This document shows positions 19,998 to 29,772 of a DNA stretch of 64,000 nucleotides, piece after piece. Source of the stretch: Candidatus Aminicenantes bacterium (GTDB taxonomy: Bacteria; Acidobacteriota; Aminicenantia; S016-38). Every line of letters starts with the position of its first letter. Position 1 is the first letter of the stretch. A program made the position numbers and the translations under genes. The notes under the pieces were generated by a model that was not told where the DNA came from, searched no databases, and saw nothing but the letters and a program-made list of their open reading frames with translations. The stretch lies in the NCBI GenBank assembly GCA_027068075.1, contig JAMOUJ010000003.1:110506-174505 (forward strand), read 5' to 3'.

Positions 19998-20685
19998 GGT
20001 TAATTCCTCCCAACCTTTCTTTCATTCTGCTCAAAATTTTAATAGCCCGGAGGGTTTTGAGTTTTTTCTCCAGATGGGGGTTGCGGAGGGCAAGTTTTTT
20101 ATATATTTCCTCGGCCCTGTCAATTTCCCCCTGCTTTAAAAACACCAGAGCCATGGATTCGGTCTCAAACACTTCCTCTTCCTTCTCCTGGGTTTCCTCC
20201 TCAACTTCAAATTCCTCCTCTTCCTCTTTGAATTCCTCAGGGGCTTCCTCGGGAGATGAAACCTCCGGAGGCTCCTGGGGCAACTCAAAGGGAGATTCTT
20301 CCTCCACCGCCTCCGCCTGAACTTCCTTCTCCAGCAGGGCGTTTATCTTCTGAAGGGTTTTCCCCACCTCGTCGTCAAAGGGGTCAAGAAAATTCACCTT
20401 CAGATAAACATCTTTGGCCTCCCGATACCTCCCCCTGGCGAACAAAATTTCCCCCAGAAGTTTCAGGGCTCCCAGGGTGTTGGGACGCCTGGACAGGACA
20501 AATTCCAGTTCCTGGATGGCCTCCTCATCCCTTTGGATTAGGTGGAGGAGTTTGGCCAGATAGAGCCTGGCCACCAGGAAGTCAGGATAGGCCTCACGGC
20601 ACTCCTTCAGGAGCGATACGGCCTCCTCTAACTTGCCCCCCTCCTCCAGTTCCTCCGCCCTGCTCAGGTATTCCCTTCTTTCCAT
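19990..20685 (-). CDS. TPR protein with acidic linker and C-terminal TPR-like repeat
   Basis: N-terminal TPRs, an E/P-rich linker, and C-terminal TESMA.V...QG...A..IY. Confidence 0.85.
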   Translation of the reverse strand: MERREYLSRAEELEEGGKLEEAVSLLKECREAYPDFLVARLYLAKLLHLIQRDEEAIQELEFVLSRRPNTLGALKLLGEILFARGRYREAKDVYLKVNFLDPFDDEVGKTLQKINALLEKEVQAEAVEEESPFELPQEPPEVSSPEEAPEEFKEEEEEFEVEEETQEKEEEVFETESMALVFLKQGEIDRAEEIYKKLALRNPHLEKKLKTLRAIKILSRMKERLGGINHV

Positions 20686-21263
20686 CAACGAATAACTTTA
20701 ACCGGAGTGACGGCTTCCACATCGGAAAGGGAGCCACCCCTCCAAGCGGCCTTTATCAAAACGGTTACTTCGCCTATTCTGTAGGATTTAACGATGGGAT
20801 TTCCGGCACTGTCCTTTTCTCCTGTGTCGCAAACCACCCTCAGATCACCGGTGGTAGGGGGCAAGTACTTGGCGGTGGCTATGCCGTTGGCATCGGTGGT
20901 GGCGCTTACCGACTTGATTTGATTACCGTTCAAAAGGCCGGCACCTCCCCTATACGAGCACTGCCATTTGCTGTCCGGAGGGGTGAAGGACGCCCTTATA
21001 TCGTAGATGTAAAAATAGATGGTCCTTCTGGCCATGGGTCCCTTGTTGTAACTGGAAAGCCGAGCCTTCAGGGTAACCTCACTGTTGGCGGGATTGCGGA
21101 GAGGGTCTACCGCCTGAACCACCGATGGATGGGCCGTGAGGGTAAGTATGTAAGCGCTGGAGGAGGGACCGAACATATCCCCGGGCCCCGGAGCGTCGCT
21201 CCTATAGCAGGCCGAGAACCCCATAACCCCCACTATTAGCAAGGGTAATATTATCTTTTTCAT
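20685..21263 (-). CDS. Lipoprotein with Ig-like (invasin/Big_1-like) features
   Basis: Lipobox FSAC, with LTAHP and TTDANGIAT motifs. Confidence 0.7.
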   Translation of the reverse strand: MKKIILPLLIVGVMGFSACYRSDAPGPGDMFGPSSSAYILTLTAHPSVVQAVDPLRNPANSEVTLKARLSSYNKGPMARRTIYFYIYDIRASFTPPDSKWQCSYRGGAGLLNGNQIKSVSATTDANGIATAKYLPPTTGDLRVVCDTGEKDSAGNPIVKSYRIGEVTVLIKAAWRGGSLSDVEAVTPVKVIR

Positions 21264-21274
21264 CTCAAGCCTCC

Positions 21275-21892
21275 TTACTTCTTCTTCGTATCGTTGGCGT
21301 AGTTGGCGAACACCACGGGAATGGTTCCCTTTACATATACTTTATGTCCTGAGAGGTCTTCGCCGTAAAACTCCACCACAGCGGTGGCCTCAATTTCCTT
21401 CCCGGCGGAACCGTAGAGGAGGTCCACCAGGGGGCTTTCCATCTTCGCATTGGCCCGCACCAGCACGAAAACCACCTGATGCTCAGCCCCGTCCGGCGGG
21501 ATCAGGGCGGATATCCTTCCCCAGAAGGAGTAGGGCACATCCACCCCTTCCTGATTCCTTCCGTCGGATCTGACATAACTCACATGGTATTCCTTCAGTT
21601 GAACATTCTCGTAAAGGGAAGAGGCGGCTTCGTTGGGGTTGTAGGGATAGGCTATTATGTATGCATTCCCGTAATCGTTCTGGACGGTGGAGGTTCCGGT
21701 ATCCGGATTTTGTACCAGGACATCGGACTCCAGCACGGAACTTTCGTTGCCGGTCCAATTAACGCCGGTAAGACGGGACATGACCAGTTTAACCGCCGAT
21801 GTGGATTCGTCGCTTATCTTGTTGCACCCGTAGAAACTAAGGCTCATTCCCAGCACCAAGGCCAGGAAGATATAAAGGGGTTTTATCCTCAT
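21275..21892 (-). CDS. Beta-rich hypothetical lipoprotein
   Basis: Lipobox FYGC, good SD, directly downstream of pilQ. Confidence 0.75.
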   Translation of the reverse strand: MRIKPLYIFLALVLGMSLSFYGCNKISDESTSAVKLVMSRLTGVNWTGNESSVLESDVLVQNPDTGTSTVQNDYGNAYIIAYPYNPNEAASSLYENVQLKEYHVSYVRSDGRNQEGVDVPYSFWGRISALIPPDGAEHQVVFVLVRANAKMESPLVDLLYGSAGKEIEATAVVEFYGEDLSGHKVYVKGTIPVVFANYANDTKKK

Positions 21893-21902
21893 TTTTTCCC
21901 TC

Positions 21903-24080
21903 CTATTTTCTGATTATTTTGGGAGTAATAAAGATAAGAAGCTCCCTGTTGGTTCTGTTTATAGAACTGCTCTTGAAGAGGAGGTCTCCTATCAGGGGTA
22001 TGGAGTTGAGGAAGGGGGTCTTCTTGTAATTGGTGTTGTCTTCTATCCGGTACATTCCCCCGATGACGGCGGTGTTGCCGTCTTTCACCATCATCACCGT
22101 GGTGGAACTCTGGGTTATGATGGTTGGAATCCCCATGACCACCCTGGAGAAGTCCGCCGAGTCGTTCTTGATGTTGACCTTCATTATGATGGTCTGGTCT
22201 GCGGTGATGTGGGGAGTGACCTTGAGTTCCAGAACTGCGTTGACATATCTGACCATTATGGTGTTGTTTATGTTCGTCTGGACCGGAATCTGTCTTCCCT
22301 GCCTGATCACCGCTTCGTGGTTGTCCTGGGTGGAGACCTTGGGGGCGGAGAGGATCTTTCCCCATCCTTCCTCCTCCATGGCCGTAAGTCCTATGTCCAG
22401 GGCAAAGGAATCGGTCACATTGCCCAGGGAAAGTCCCAGGGCGGAGTTGAAGGCGGCTGCCGGCAGGTTAACCGCATATCCGTTGAGGGGATTCGTAAGT
22501 CCGCCACCGGTGACGGCACCACCATCAAGGATTATTCTGTTGGGAAATACCAGGCTGGTCTGATTTCCGTGGTAGGGATCCGCATACCCCATGAAACCCC
22601 ATTGTATTCCCAGGTTTCTCGTATAATTGGCCACGGTCTCCACTATCCTGGCCTGGATGGAAACCTGAGGAATGGGGGCATCCAGGGTGCTTATGATCTG
22701 GTCTATCTCCTGAATTCTATCGGGTATGTCCTTTATTATCAGGGTGTTGGTCCTCTCGTCCACGACGATTTCTCCCCTGGGAGAGAGGTACTTCTTCACC
22801 ACGCCTTCCACATCCTTGGCGGTGGCGTAACTGAGGGTTCTCATGACGGTGCTGAGGGGCATGGCGGATTCCTTCATCTTCCGCCTCTGCTCCTCCTCCC
22901 GGGCGAGAACATCCAGGGGAGCCACCCTCAGAACATTGCCTTCAATGAGGTACCCCAGTTTATTGGTCTTGAGGATCAGGTCCAGGGCCTGGTCCCAGGG
23001 AATATCCACCAGTTCGCAGGTGACCTTTCCCTCCACTCCAGGGTCAAAGATGACATTGAGATGGGCCAGTTTTGCTATGAAGGTGACCACATCCCTGACA
23101 TCGGCATCCTTGAAGCGGAAGGTGTACTTCTCCCCGTAATACTTCTTTTCACCCCCGGATATGGTGACGGTTTCAAAGGAAGGTCCCTTCCTGGACTTTC
23201 TGGAGGGGGTAGGATTATCTGTCTTGGGAGGGTTCTCCACCCTGGTAACCTTGCTGGTGGGGGCCACCGTAGCCTTGGCCGGCCGGGCCGGGACCGAAGG
23301 CTTTGGGGCCGGAGTGGCCACCCTGGTCTTCTCCTTCTGGACCATGGCGGTGGCCGGGATCAGGATGTCAATGCGACTGCCATCCCTTTCAATCCGGTAG
23401 TTGGGCATCCTGTAGAGGTCCAGAACCACCCTGGCCACCTGGGGGGTGAACTGTCCGGCGCGAACCGCGGAAACGCCTTCTCTGCCCACTACCTTTTTCA
23501 GCCTTCTGGTCTTGGCTCCTATAACATCCACCACCAGCCTCATGGGCTTGCCGTGGGCAGGATCCCTCTTCAGGAGGAAGGCCCTGTAAGAGGCGGGCTC
23601 CCCTGAGAAAACCAGGGAGATTTTGAGGCCGTTTTCCCTGTGGAGAACCACATCCCGGAGAACCGCCCTGGAACTCACAGAAGAGGTTTTACCGGTGGTT
23701 TTTTCAGATCCTGCTTCTACCTCAATGAGGATCGCATTTCCTTTGGAATAAATGGAAAAGGGCCGCAGGGAGGAAAATTTCACCTCCACCACGGCGGTGC
23801 CATCCTTTTCGGCCACCTTCACCTCTTTAACTGCTCCCTTTTCAAATTTATGTTCTCCGAGTATGGGTTTAGCGCTCACTCCGTTGAACTTCAAAACCAG
23901 AAGGGAAGGATCGTTCACCGAGGGGTAAAAATCCGGAAGGGAAAGCGGATTGTCCCCTTTTATCTCAATGATCTCCTTGCCTGCGTTGAACTTCTTATCC
24001 AGCGAGATCAGACTTCCTCCGGCAACAGCTAAGCCTACGCCCAAGAGGAGAACTATCAAATAAGACAGGATTTTTTTCAT
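21903..24080 (-). CDS. pilQ: Type IV pilus secretin PilQ with AMIN-like domains
   Basis: RLVVD and RVVLD, FKDAD, IPWDQAL, DERTNTLI, LKVTPHIT, and P+IG.LFK..RELLIFITPKI. Confidence 0.96.
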   Translation of the reverse strand: MKKILSYLIVLLLGVGLAVAGGSLISLDKKFNAGKEIIEIKGDNPLSLPDFYPSVNDPSLLVLKFNGVSAKPILGEHKFEKGAVKEVKVAEKDGTAVVEVKFSSLRPFSIYSKGNAILIEVEAGSEKTTGKTSSVSSRAVLRDVVLHRENGLKISLVFSGEPASYRAFLLKRDPAHGKPMRLVVDVIGAKTRRLKKVVGREGVSAVRAGQFTPQVARVVLDLYRMPNYRIERDGSRIDILIPATAMVQKEKTRVATPAPKPSVPARPAKATVAPTSKVTRVENPPKTDNPTPSRKSRKGPSFETVTISGGEKKYYGEKYTFRFKDADVRDVVTFIAKLAHLNVIFDPGVEGKVTCELVDIPWDQALDLILKTNKLGYLIEGNVLRVAPLDVLAREEEQRRKMKESAMPLSTVMRTLSYATAKDVEGVVKKYLSPRGEIVVDERTNTLIIKDIPDRIQEIDQIISTLDAPIPQVSIQARIVETVANYTRNLGIQWGFMGYADPYHGNQTSLVFPNRIILDGGAVTGGGLTNPLNGYAVNLPAAAFNSALGLSLGNVTDSFALDIGLTAMEEEGWGKILSAPKVSTQDNHEAVIRQGRQIPVQTNINNTIMVRYVNAVLELKVTPHITADQTIIMKVNIKNDSADFSRVVMGIPTIITQSSTTVMMVKDGNTAVIGGMYRIEDNTNYKKTPFLNSIPLIGDLLFKSSSINRTNRELLIFITPKIIRK

Positions 24081-24082
24081 TT

Positions 24083-24523
24083 TTACTCCTCCTCCATATT
24101 TAATTTCAAAACCACATATTTATATGGCTTAAGGAATACAGGACTTCTGGTAGCCTGCTTTATGATGACTTCGTTGGGGGTTATTTTAACCACTTCTCCG
24201 TCGGCCAATTTGGTTCCCACCTTTATAACATAGGGGAAGTTGTGGGAATCCAGGACCTGGGCAAAGTAACGCCCCTTGGAGTCTCTGGCTATTCCCACCA
24301 GGACCAGTTCGTCGGTGTAAACTCCCCTTATGCCCTCTCCCCTCTTTCCCTTTCTCCTCTTCTCCTTGAGGGAAAGAAGATCCCGGAAGGGATCCCTTTT
24401 TCCCATGGGATTGTAATCGTATCTTTCCCTCTGAATCCCCGGCTCTTCCCCGGATTCCGTGTTCTGGGAAATCAGGGGAAGGCTCAGAAAGAGGGCCATC
24501 AGAACTATCAGAACCTTTTTCAT
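24083..24523 (-). CDS. pilP: Pilus assembly protein PilP
   Basis: YNPMGKRDPF and LVGI motifs, located between pilO and pilQ. Confidence 0.85.
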   Translation of the reverse strand: MKKVLIVLMALFLSLPLISQNTESGEEPGIQRERYDYNPMGKRDPFRDLLSLKEKRRKGKRGEGIRGVYTDELVLVGIARDSKGRYFAQVLDSHNFPYVIKVGTKLADGEVVKITPNEVIIKQATRSPVFLKPYKYVVLKLNMEEE

Positions 24524-25128
24524 CTTCTCCTCCTCGTTCTTCTTCCCTTCTTTTTATTCTGTTGCTCTTCAAGTTTTTTCTCCACGAATATGTAAGTGGA
24601 GGCGGTAAACTTTGCATCTATGGTGCTGGTGGGGGTCTGGTCTTTCAGGGCCTTGATCTCTATGTAACTTACATTGAAAATCCTGGTGAACTTTCCCAGT
24701 TTATCAAAGAAATAACCGAGGTTGTGGTATGTTCCGATGACTTCAATGTCTATGGGCCATTCGGCCACCAGTCCCCTGTCCACCGAGGGTTTGGGAACGA
24801 AACTGATGACATTAAGGTGAACATCGGAGGCGAGCCTCTGAACATCCTTGAGGATTTTACTTATTTCCTTTTTTTCGGGAAGAACTTTCTTAAGCCTCTC
24901 CAGTTTGGCCTCCAGGTCCGCATTTTCCTTTTTCAAAAGGGCCAGTTCTTTTTCCTTTTCCTTGGCTATGTTGACTTCCCTGGTAAGTTGACTCAGGCGG
25001 GCCTCCAGCCTGGATATCTGGGCCGCCTTCCCCTTATACCATCCGATATAGAACAGACCGAAGACCAGGAGTCCCAGAAACAGGAAGAATATCAGTTGAC
25101 CCTGCCAGGTCATTTCCCTTAAATTCAT
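24520..25128 (-). CDS. pilO: Pilus assembly protein PilO
   Basis: TM helix, coiled coil, LPEKKEI, and GTYHNLGYFF. Confidence 0.93.
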   Translation of the reverse strand: MNLREMTWQGQLIFFLFLGLLVFGLFYIGWYKGKAAQISRLEARLSQLTREVNIAKEKEKELALLKKENADLEAKLERLKKVLPEKKEISKILKDVQRLASDVHLNVISFVPKPSVDRGLVAEWPIDIEVIGTYHNLGYFFDKLGKFTRIFNVSYIEIKALKDQTPTSTIDAKFTASTYIFVEKKLEEQQNKKKGRRTRRRR

Positions 25129-25745
25129 CTAACACCTCCCTGGGGCTTGGCCTCGTTGTTTTCCCCCGTATTGACAAGGGCTGCCAGTTTGAAACTGTAA
25201 ACCTCCATTCCCCTTTTCTTTCCCCGGTCCTTTTCCTTTTTAGAACTTATGAGTTCCACATTTTTGAAGAAGTCCGTGGATTCCAGATTGGCAATGAAGG
25301 TGGCAATCAGGTTGTTGTTGAGGGCCTTCCCCTCTATTAAAACCTGGGAACCGTTAAATTTTAATTTCGTGAGCCAGACCTTGTCCGGAATTTTTTTAAC
25401 GATGAGGTCCATCATTTTAACCGGGATAACCTGTTTGGCTATTAACTGCTCTATAACCTGGGTTTTCTGAGTGAGAATTTCCTTCTTCTTCTTGTTCTCC
25501 TCCAGTTCTTTTAACACACCTTGAAGCCTTCTCTTTTCCTGCTCCTTTATCTTTATCTGCTCGTTCAAAAAGGAAAGCCTGGATGTGGTTTTATAATACA
25601 TAAACCCGATGATTCCCAGGGTCAAAAGCCCCACCAAAGCCAGAAGTTCGTAGTGAATCTTCTTTCCCTCCTCAGCAACCGGAAGGCCAGCAGGAGCGAA
25701 GGCTATTTCTTTCTTGCCGGGTTGCAGAAGATTGATTTTGATCAT
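25125..25745 (-). CDS. pilN: Pilus assembly protein PilN
   Basis: MIKINLL, TM helix, IPDKVWLT. Confidence 0.94.
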   Translation of the reverse strand: MIKINLLQPGKKEIAFAPAGLPVAEEGKKIHYELLALVGLLTLGIIGFMYYKTTSRLSFLNEQIKIKEQEKRRLQGVLKELEENKKKKEILTQKTQVIEQLIAKQVIPVKMMDLIVKKIPDKVWLTKLKFNGSQVLIEGKALNNNLIATFIANLESTDFFKNVELISSKKEKDRGKKRGMEVYSFKLAALVNTGENNEAKPQGGVR

Positions 25746-25747
25746 GT

Positions 25748-26806
25748 TTAACCTCCTATGCTTCTCATGGCCAGTCCGGTGGCCACGGTAAAGAGGGGAG
25801 CATTGGTTTCAACTATCTCCCGGGAGAAGGCTTTTTCGTTGTAGATGATGTTTCTAAAGGGATTTAAAAATTCCACCGGAAGATTGAACTTGTTTTCAAA
25901 GAAGTCGCCAATGCCCTGCATCAAAGCCCCTCCACCGCTTATGTAAATCCTCTCCAGTTCCAGGACTCCGAACTGACCGGAGAAGAATTCCACGGTTCTG
26001 GTAAGTTCCGAGGCCAGGTCGCTGTAAACCATTTCGTATATACTGGTCAGGGCATCAGGGGTTATGCCTTCGGAAACCTCCCCCTTCTTCAAGTCCTCGG
26101 CCTTTTCAAAACTTACCCCGAACTCCTTCTGGATGGATTCTGTTATGAAATCTCCACCGGTTTCCTTGGTTCTGACGAACAGGGGCGCTCCGTCCCTGGC
26201 CACCACGAACTCCGTGGATGTGGCCCCCACATGGACTATGGCCACCACGCTGGATATGAAGGGTTCGTAGTTAAACTCAAAGGCGTTGTATATGGCAAAG
26301 GCGTTGATGTCCACCACCACGGGATTGAGTCCTGCCTGCTCCACCACGCTGGTAAACTCCCCGATTTTTTCCTTCTTCGCGATAACGAGAATGACCTCCA
26401 TCTGCTCACCGCTTTCCGAGGGAAGGACATGGTAGTCCACCTGAACCTCCTCCGGCTTGAAGGGAGTGTTGTGTTTGATCTCAAAGTTTATGTTCTCCTC
26501 CAGTTCCTGGGGATTGGCCGCTGAAATCATCACCCTTCTGACCATGACGGCGTGTCCTGGAAGGGCTATGGCCACATTTTTCACCTTCACCTTGGCCTCG
26601 GTCACCAGTTGCATCAGGGCGTCGGAGACGGCATAGGCATCCATTATGGTTCCTTCCACAATGGCCTCCCTGGGCAGGGGTACCATCCCTATGCTCTTCA
26701 ATTCAAAGGTCCTTTTCCCCTTGCTCTTTTTGGGAGTTAGATAAACTAATTTAATGCTGGAAGCACCGATATCAATTCCTAAAAGGTCATTTTTTTTGCC
26801 GATCAC
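25748..26806 (-). CDS. pilM: Pilus assembly ATPase-fold protein PilM
   Basis: GIDIGASSIK, ISGGGA, LNPF and ATGLAMR motifs. Confidence 0.95.
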   Translation of the reverse strand: MIGKKNDLLGIDIGASSIKLVYLTPKKSKGKRTFELKSIGMVPLPREAIVEGTIMDAYAVSDALMQLVTEAKVKVKNVAIALPGHAVMVRRVMISAANPQELEENINFEIKHNTPFKPEEVQVDYHVLPSESGEQMEVILVIAKKEKIGEFTSVVEQAGLNPVVVDINAFAIYNAFEFNYEPFISSVVAIVHVGATSTEFVVARDGAPLFVRTKETGGDFITESIQKEFGVSFEKAEDLKKGEVSEGITPDALTSIYEMVYSDLASELTRTVEFFSGQFGVLELERIYISGGGALMQGIGDFFENKFNLPVEFLNPFRNIIYNEKAFSREIVETNAPLFTVATGLAMRSIGG

Positions 26807-26808
26807 TT

Positions 26809-27417
26809 TTATTCTCCTTCGGTGGCGTTATACTTTATATTATAGGAACCATCCTCCGTTAATTCAACAAAGCCTGAAAAAACCTCCGCCTCAAAGGCGT
26901 AAAACCGGGTATCTCCCATCCAGCAATCCCTTTCCAGACCGGCCTTGAGGCAGGTGTTCTCCAGAAACTCCTTCAACCCCCATCCGTATTCCAAGGGCAC
27001 CTGAGGAAGGAGAAGCCCTCTTTTAAATCCCCTTTCTGCTATGAGTCCGTGGCGTCCCACCTCTATCCGGGAAAGATCGGAGACGGGCTCCGGCGGGGTG
27101 AGGGCCGAGACCTCAATCTCCAGGCCGGGAAGTTCCTCCCGGGACAGGGGAAGAAACCGGGGGTCCTCAAAGGCTGCGGCCACCGCCGCCCGGGCCACGG
27201 CCTCCCCCAGCGGATAGGAAGGCTCCACATAGCCGATACATCCCCGGAGCCTTCCATCCCTCTTCAGGGTTACAAAGGCCCCCCTGGGTTCTGCCAGAGC
27301 CCCCCGGAGGTTCCTGGGCACATACAGCATCCCGTCAAAGGCCGCCAGGATGGAGTCCAGGGCGACCTCCAAAAGTTGCTGTCTCTCGCTTGAGTTAAGA
27401 ACCCTCCGATTTTCCAT
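26809..27417 (-). CDS. amrA: AmmeMemoRadiSam system protein A (AMMECR1 domain)
   Basis: GAFVTL, LRGCIG, DPRF, GLLLPQV and CLKAGL motifs. Confidence 0.93.
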   Translation of the reverse strand: MENRRVLNSSERQQLLEVALDSILAAFDGMLYVPRNLRGALAEPRGAFVTLKRDGRLRGCIGYVEPSYPLGEAVARAAVAAAFEDPRFLPLSREELPGLEIEVSALTPPEPVSDLSRIEVGRHGLIAERGFKRGLLLPQVPLEYGWGLKEFLENTCLKAGLERDCWMGDTRFYAFEAEVFSGFVELTEDGSYNIKYNATEGE

Positions 27418-27537
27418 GTATTTTTATATTAGGAAAGTTTTTTGAAAAGTCAAGGAAGAATGAAATTTGAGGGGTTGATTTTCCCCTATTTTTCTGTTAT
27501 ACTACCTTTTTAGTAGGAATTTTCCCGGGGGGTAGAA
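27418..27537. promoter_or_regulatory. Divergent sigma70 promoters for amrA-pil and trxA operons
   Basis: Minus strand: TTGACT (27453-27448)-16 nt-TAATAT. Plus strand: TTGATT (27475)-17 nt-TATACT (27498) with TG extension. Confidence 0.65.
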
Positions 27538-27855
27538 ATGCCTGTTGATGTAAACGACAAAAACTTTGAAGAGAAGGTTTTAAGAAGCGCAAACACCGTT
27601 ATAGTGGACTTCTGGGCCGAGTGGTGTACTCCCTGCAAGAAGATTGAGCCCATACTGGAAAAACTGGAGAAAAAATACGCAGGGAAACTCACGGTGGCCA
27701 GGATGAATGTGGAGGAAAACCCCAGAACTCCGGCCTCTTATGGGGTGAGAAGCATTCCCTGCCTCATAATATTCCACCAGGGCCAGCCCAGGGATACCCT
27801 GATAGGACTTCAACCACCTTCCAGCATTGAAAAAGCCCTCAGGAGGTTTCTATGA
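27538..27855 (+). CDS. trxA: Thioredoxin (WCTPC active site)
   Basis: VDFWAEWCTPC and SIP cis-Pro motif. Confidence 0.92.
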   Translation: MPVDVNDKNFEEKVLRSANTVIVDFWAEWCTPCKKIEPILEKLEKKYAGKLTVARMNVEENPRTPASYGVRSIPCLIIFHQGQPRDTLIGLQPPSSIEKALRRFL

Positions 27856-28775
27856 GAGAAGTGGACATGGCCATAATAGGCGGAGGACCCGCAGGACTTA
27901 CCGCCGGGCTTTACGGAGCCAGGGCCACCCTGAAGACCGTGGTTCTGGAAAAACAGGCCCCTGGAGGCCAGATCCTGCTCACCGACCTGATAGAAAACTA
28001 TCCGGGATTTCCGGGGGGAATAAACCCGGAAGAACTATCCAAAAGGATGAAGGCCCAGGTGGAGGAATTCGGAGGTGAGGTTATCATTGACGAAATAGAC
28101 GGAATAGAAAAGGAGGGTAACCTCTGGAGGGTGACGGGCTGGGAGAACGAATACCTCGCCAAGGCGGTCATCGTAGCCACGGGCTCCGAACCCAAGAAAC
28201 TCAATGTTCCCGGAGAAAGGGAATTCACCGGAAGGGGGGTCTCCTACTGCGCCACCTGCGACGGCCCCTTCTTCAAGGGCCAGCCCATGGCGGTGGTGGG
28301 AGGAGGGGATTCCGCCGTATCCGAAGCCATTTACCTAACTAAATACGCCTCCAAGGTTTACCTCATCCACCGGAGAGACAAACTCAGGGCCGAAGGCATA
28401 TGGCAAAAGAGGGCCTTTGAAAACCCTAAAATTGAATTCATCTGGGACACGGTGGTCAAGGAAATAAGGGGGGATAAGAAGGTTCGGGAACTCCTCCTGG
28501 AAAATGTTAAAACCGGGAAGATGAGCAAACTCCCGGTGGAGGCCATCTTCATTTTCATAGGCATGAATCCCAATGTGGACCTGGTGAAGGACATAGTGGA
28601 ACTGGCCCCATCCGGCAGAATAAAGGTGAACATGAAGATGGAGACTTCGGCGCCGGGGATCTTCGCCGCCGGGGATGTGATTGAAATCGCCTACGAACAG
28701 GTTTCAGTAGCGGTGGGAACCGGTGCCATAGCCGCCATGACCGCCGTGGAATACATAAACAAGAACTTTGGGTGA
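27852..28775 (+). CDS. trxB: Thioredoxin-disulfide reductase
   Basis: GGGPAG, CATCDG, GGGDSA and HRRD motifs. Confidence 0.96.
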   Translation: MREVDMAIIGGGPAGLTAGLYGARATLKTVVLEKQAPGGQILLTDLIENYPGFPGGINPEELSKRMKAQVEEFGGEVIIDEIDGIEKEGNLWRVTGWENEYLAKAVIVATGSEPKKLNVPGEREFTGRGVSYCATCDGPFFKGQPMAVVGGGDSAVSEAIYLTKYASKVYLIHRRDKLRAEGIWQKRAFENPKIEFIWDTVVKEIRGDKKVRELLLENVKTGKMSKLPVEAIFIFIGMNPNVDLVKDIVELAPSGRIKVNMKMETSAPGIFAAGDVIEIAYEQVSVAVGTGAIAAMTAVEYINKNFG

Positions 28776-29772
28776 GAGGATAAGGGCAAGGCCCCGGGGA
28801 AGGTTTTTCCTCCTCTCCCTGTCCATACTTCTCATAGGGTTCGGTGGGATAAACTCAGCCCAAAATTCCGTCATCCTCTTCTTTTCTCTGCTCCTGGCAG
28901 CCCTGGCCACCTCGGGGTTTTTCTCCAAACTAAACCTCCGGGGAATGGAGGTTCGGTTTTCCCCGGCGGACAGGGTTTTCTGCTGTGAAGAAGGGGCGTT
29001 TCTCCTGAGGGTTAAAAACAAAACCAGGATCCCTAAATTCGCCCTTTGGGTCCAGGCGGAGGGCAGGAAGGCTTTTATCGGCGATCTGTCTCCAGGAAAA
29101 ACTGCAGAGGTTCCCCTGTCCCTGGTCTTCAGAAAACGGGGGGTCCATCCTCTTCCTTCGGTTAAACTCTATTCCCTGTTTCCCCTGGGAATGGTGGAAA
29201 GGTGGAGGGATTATCCCGGCGGTGGAACCGTCACCGTTTATCCCAGAACCTTCAGGGTTCTCCCCCACTTTCCCAGGGATTTCTCAGGACAGGGGGAAGC
29301 ATCCCGCTGGAAGAGGGGAAGCGAGGAGATTGCCTGGCTGAGGGAAAACCCGGAAGCGGAACTGAGAAAAATAGACTGGAAGGCCTTTGCCAGGACCGGA
29401 AAGTCCATGGAAAAGGTCTTCACCTCTGCCCAGGGACGGGAGTTTATAGTGGTGCTGGACCCCATGGGAAAGGGGCCTAAATTTGAGGAGAACATTTCCC
29501 TGGTGGCCTCCGTGGGAATATTTTTTATGAAAAACTCAGTGGCCCACCACATGGTGGCCGGAAGATTCAGGGGGAGGGTGAGTGAAAAGAACCTGGACGA
29601 TTTCCTTACGGCCCTGGCCATATTGAAGCCCGGGAACGAAGAACAGAGCAGAAGGCTGGCCCTGGAACTCCAAAGGGAGTTTCCGGGCCACACCATCTTT
29701 GCCGCCATTACGGTCCCTAACTCTCCTTTGGCGGAACTCCTCTCCCCCGGGGAAATGGTGTTCACGCGATGA
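28768..29772 (+). CDS. DUF58-domain membrane protein
   Basis: Two N-terminal TMs, KRG, FPLG, VYP, LRE and IDWKAFAR. Confidence 0.85.
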   Translation: MGERIRARPRGRFFLLSLSILLIGFGGINSAQNSVILFFSLLLAALATSGFFSKLNLRGMEVRFSPADRVFCCEEGAFLLRVKNKTRIPKFALWVQAEGRKAFIGDLSPGKTAEVPLSLVFRKRGVHPLPSVKLYSLFPLGMVERWRDYPGGGTVTVYPRTFRVLPHFPRDFSGQGEASRWKRGSEEIAWLRENPEAELRKIDWKAFARTGKSMEKVFTSAQGREFIVVLDPMGKGPKFEENISLVASVGIFFMKNSVAHHMVAGRFRGRVSEKNLDDFLTALAILKPGNEEQSRRLALELQREFPGHTIFAAITVPNSPLAELLSPGEMVFTR

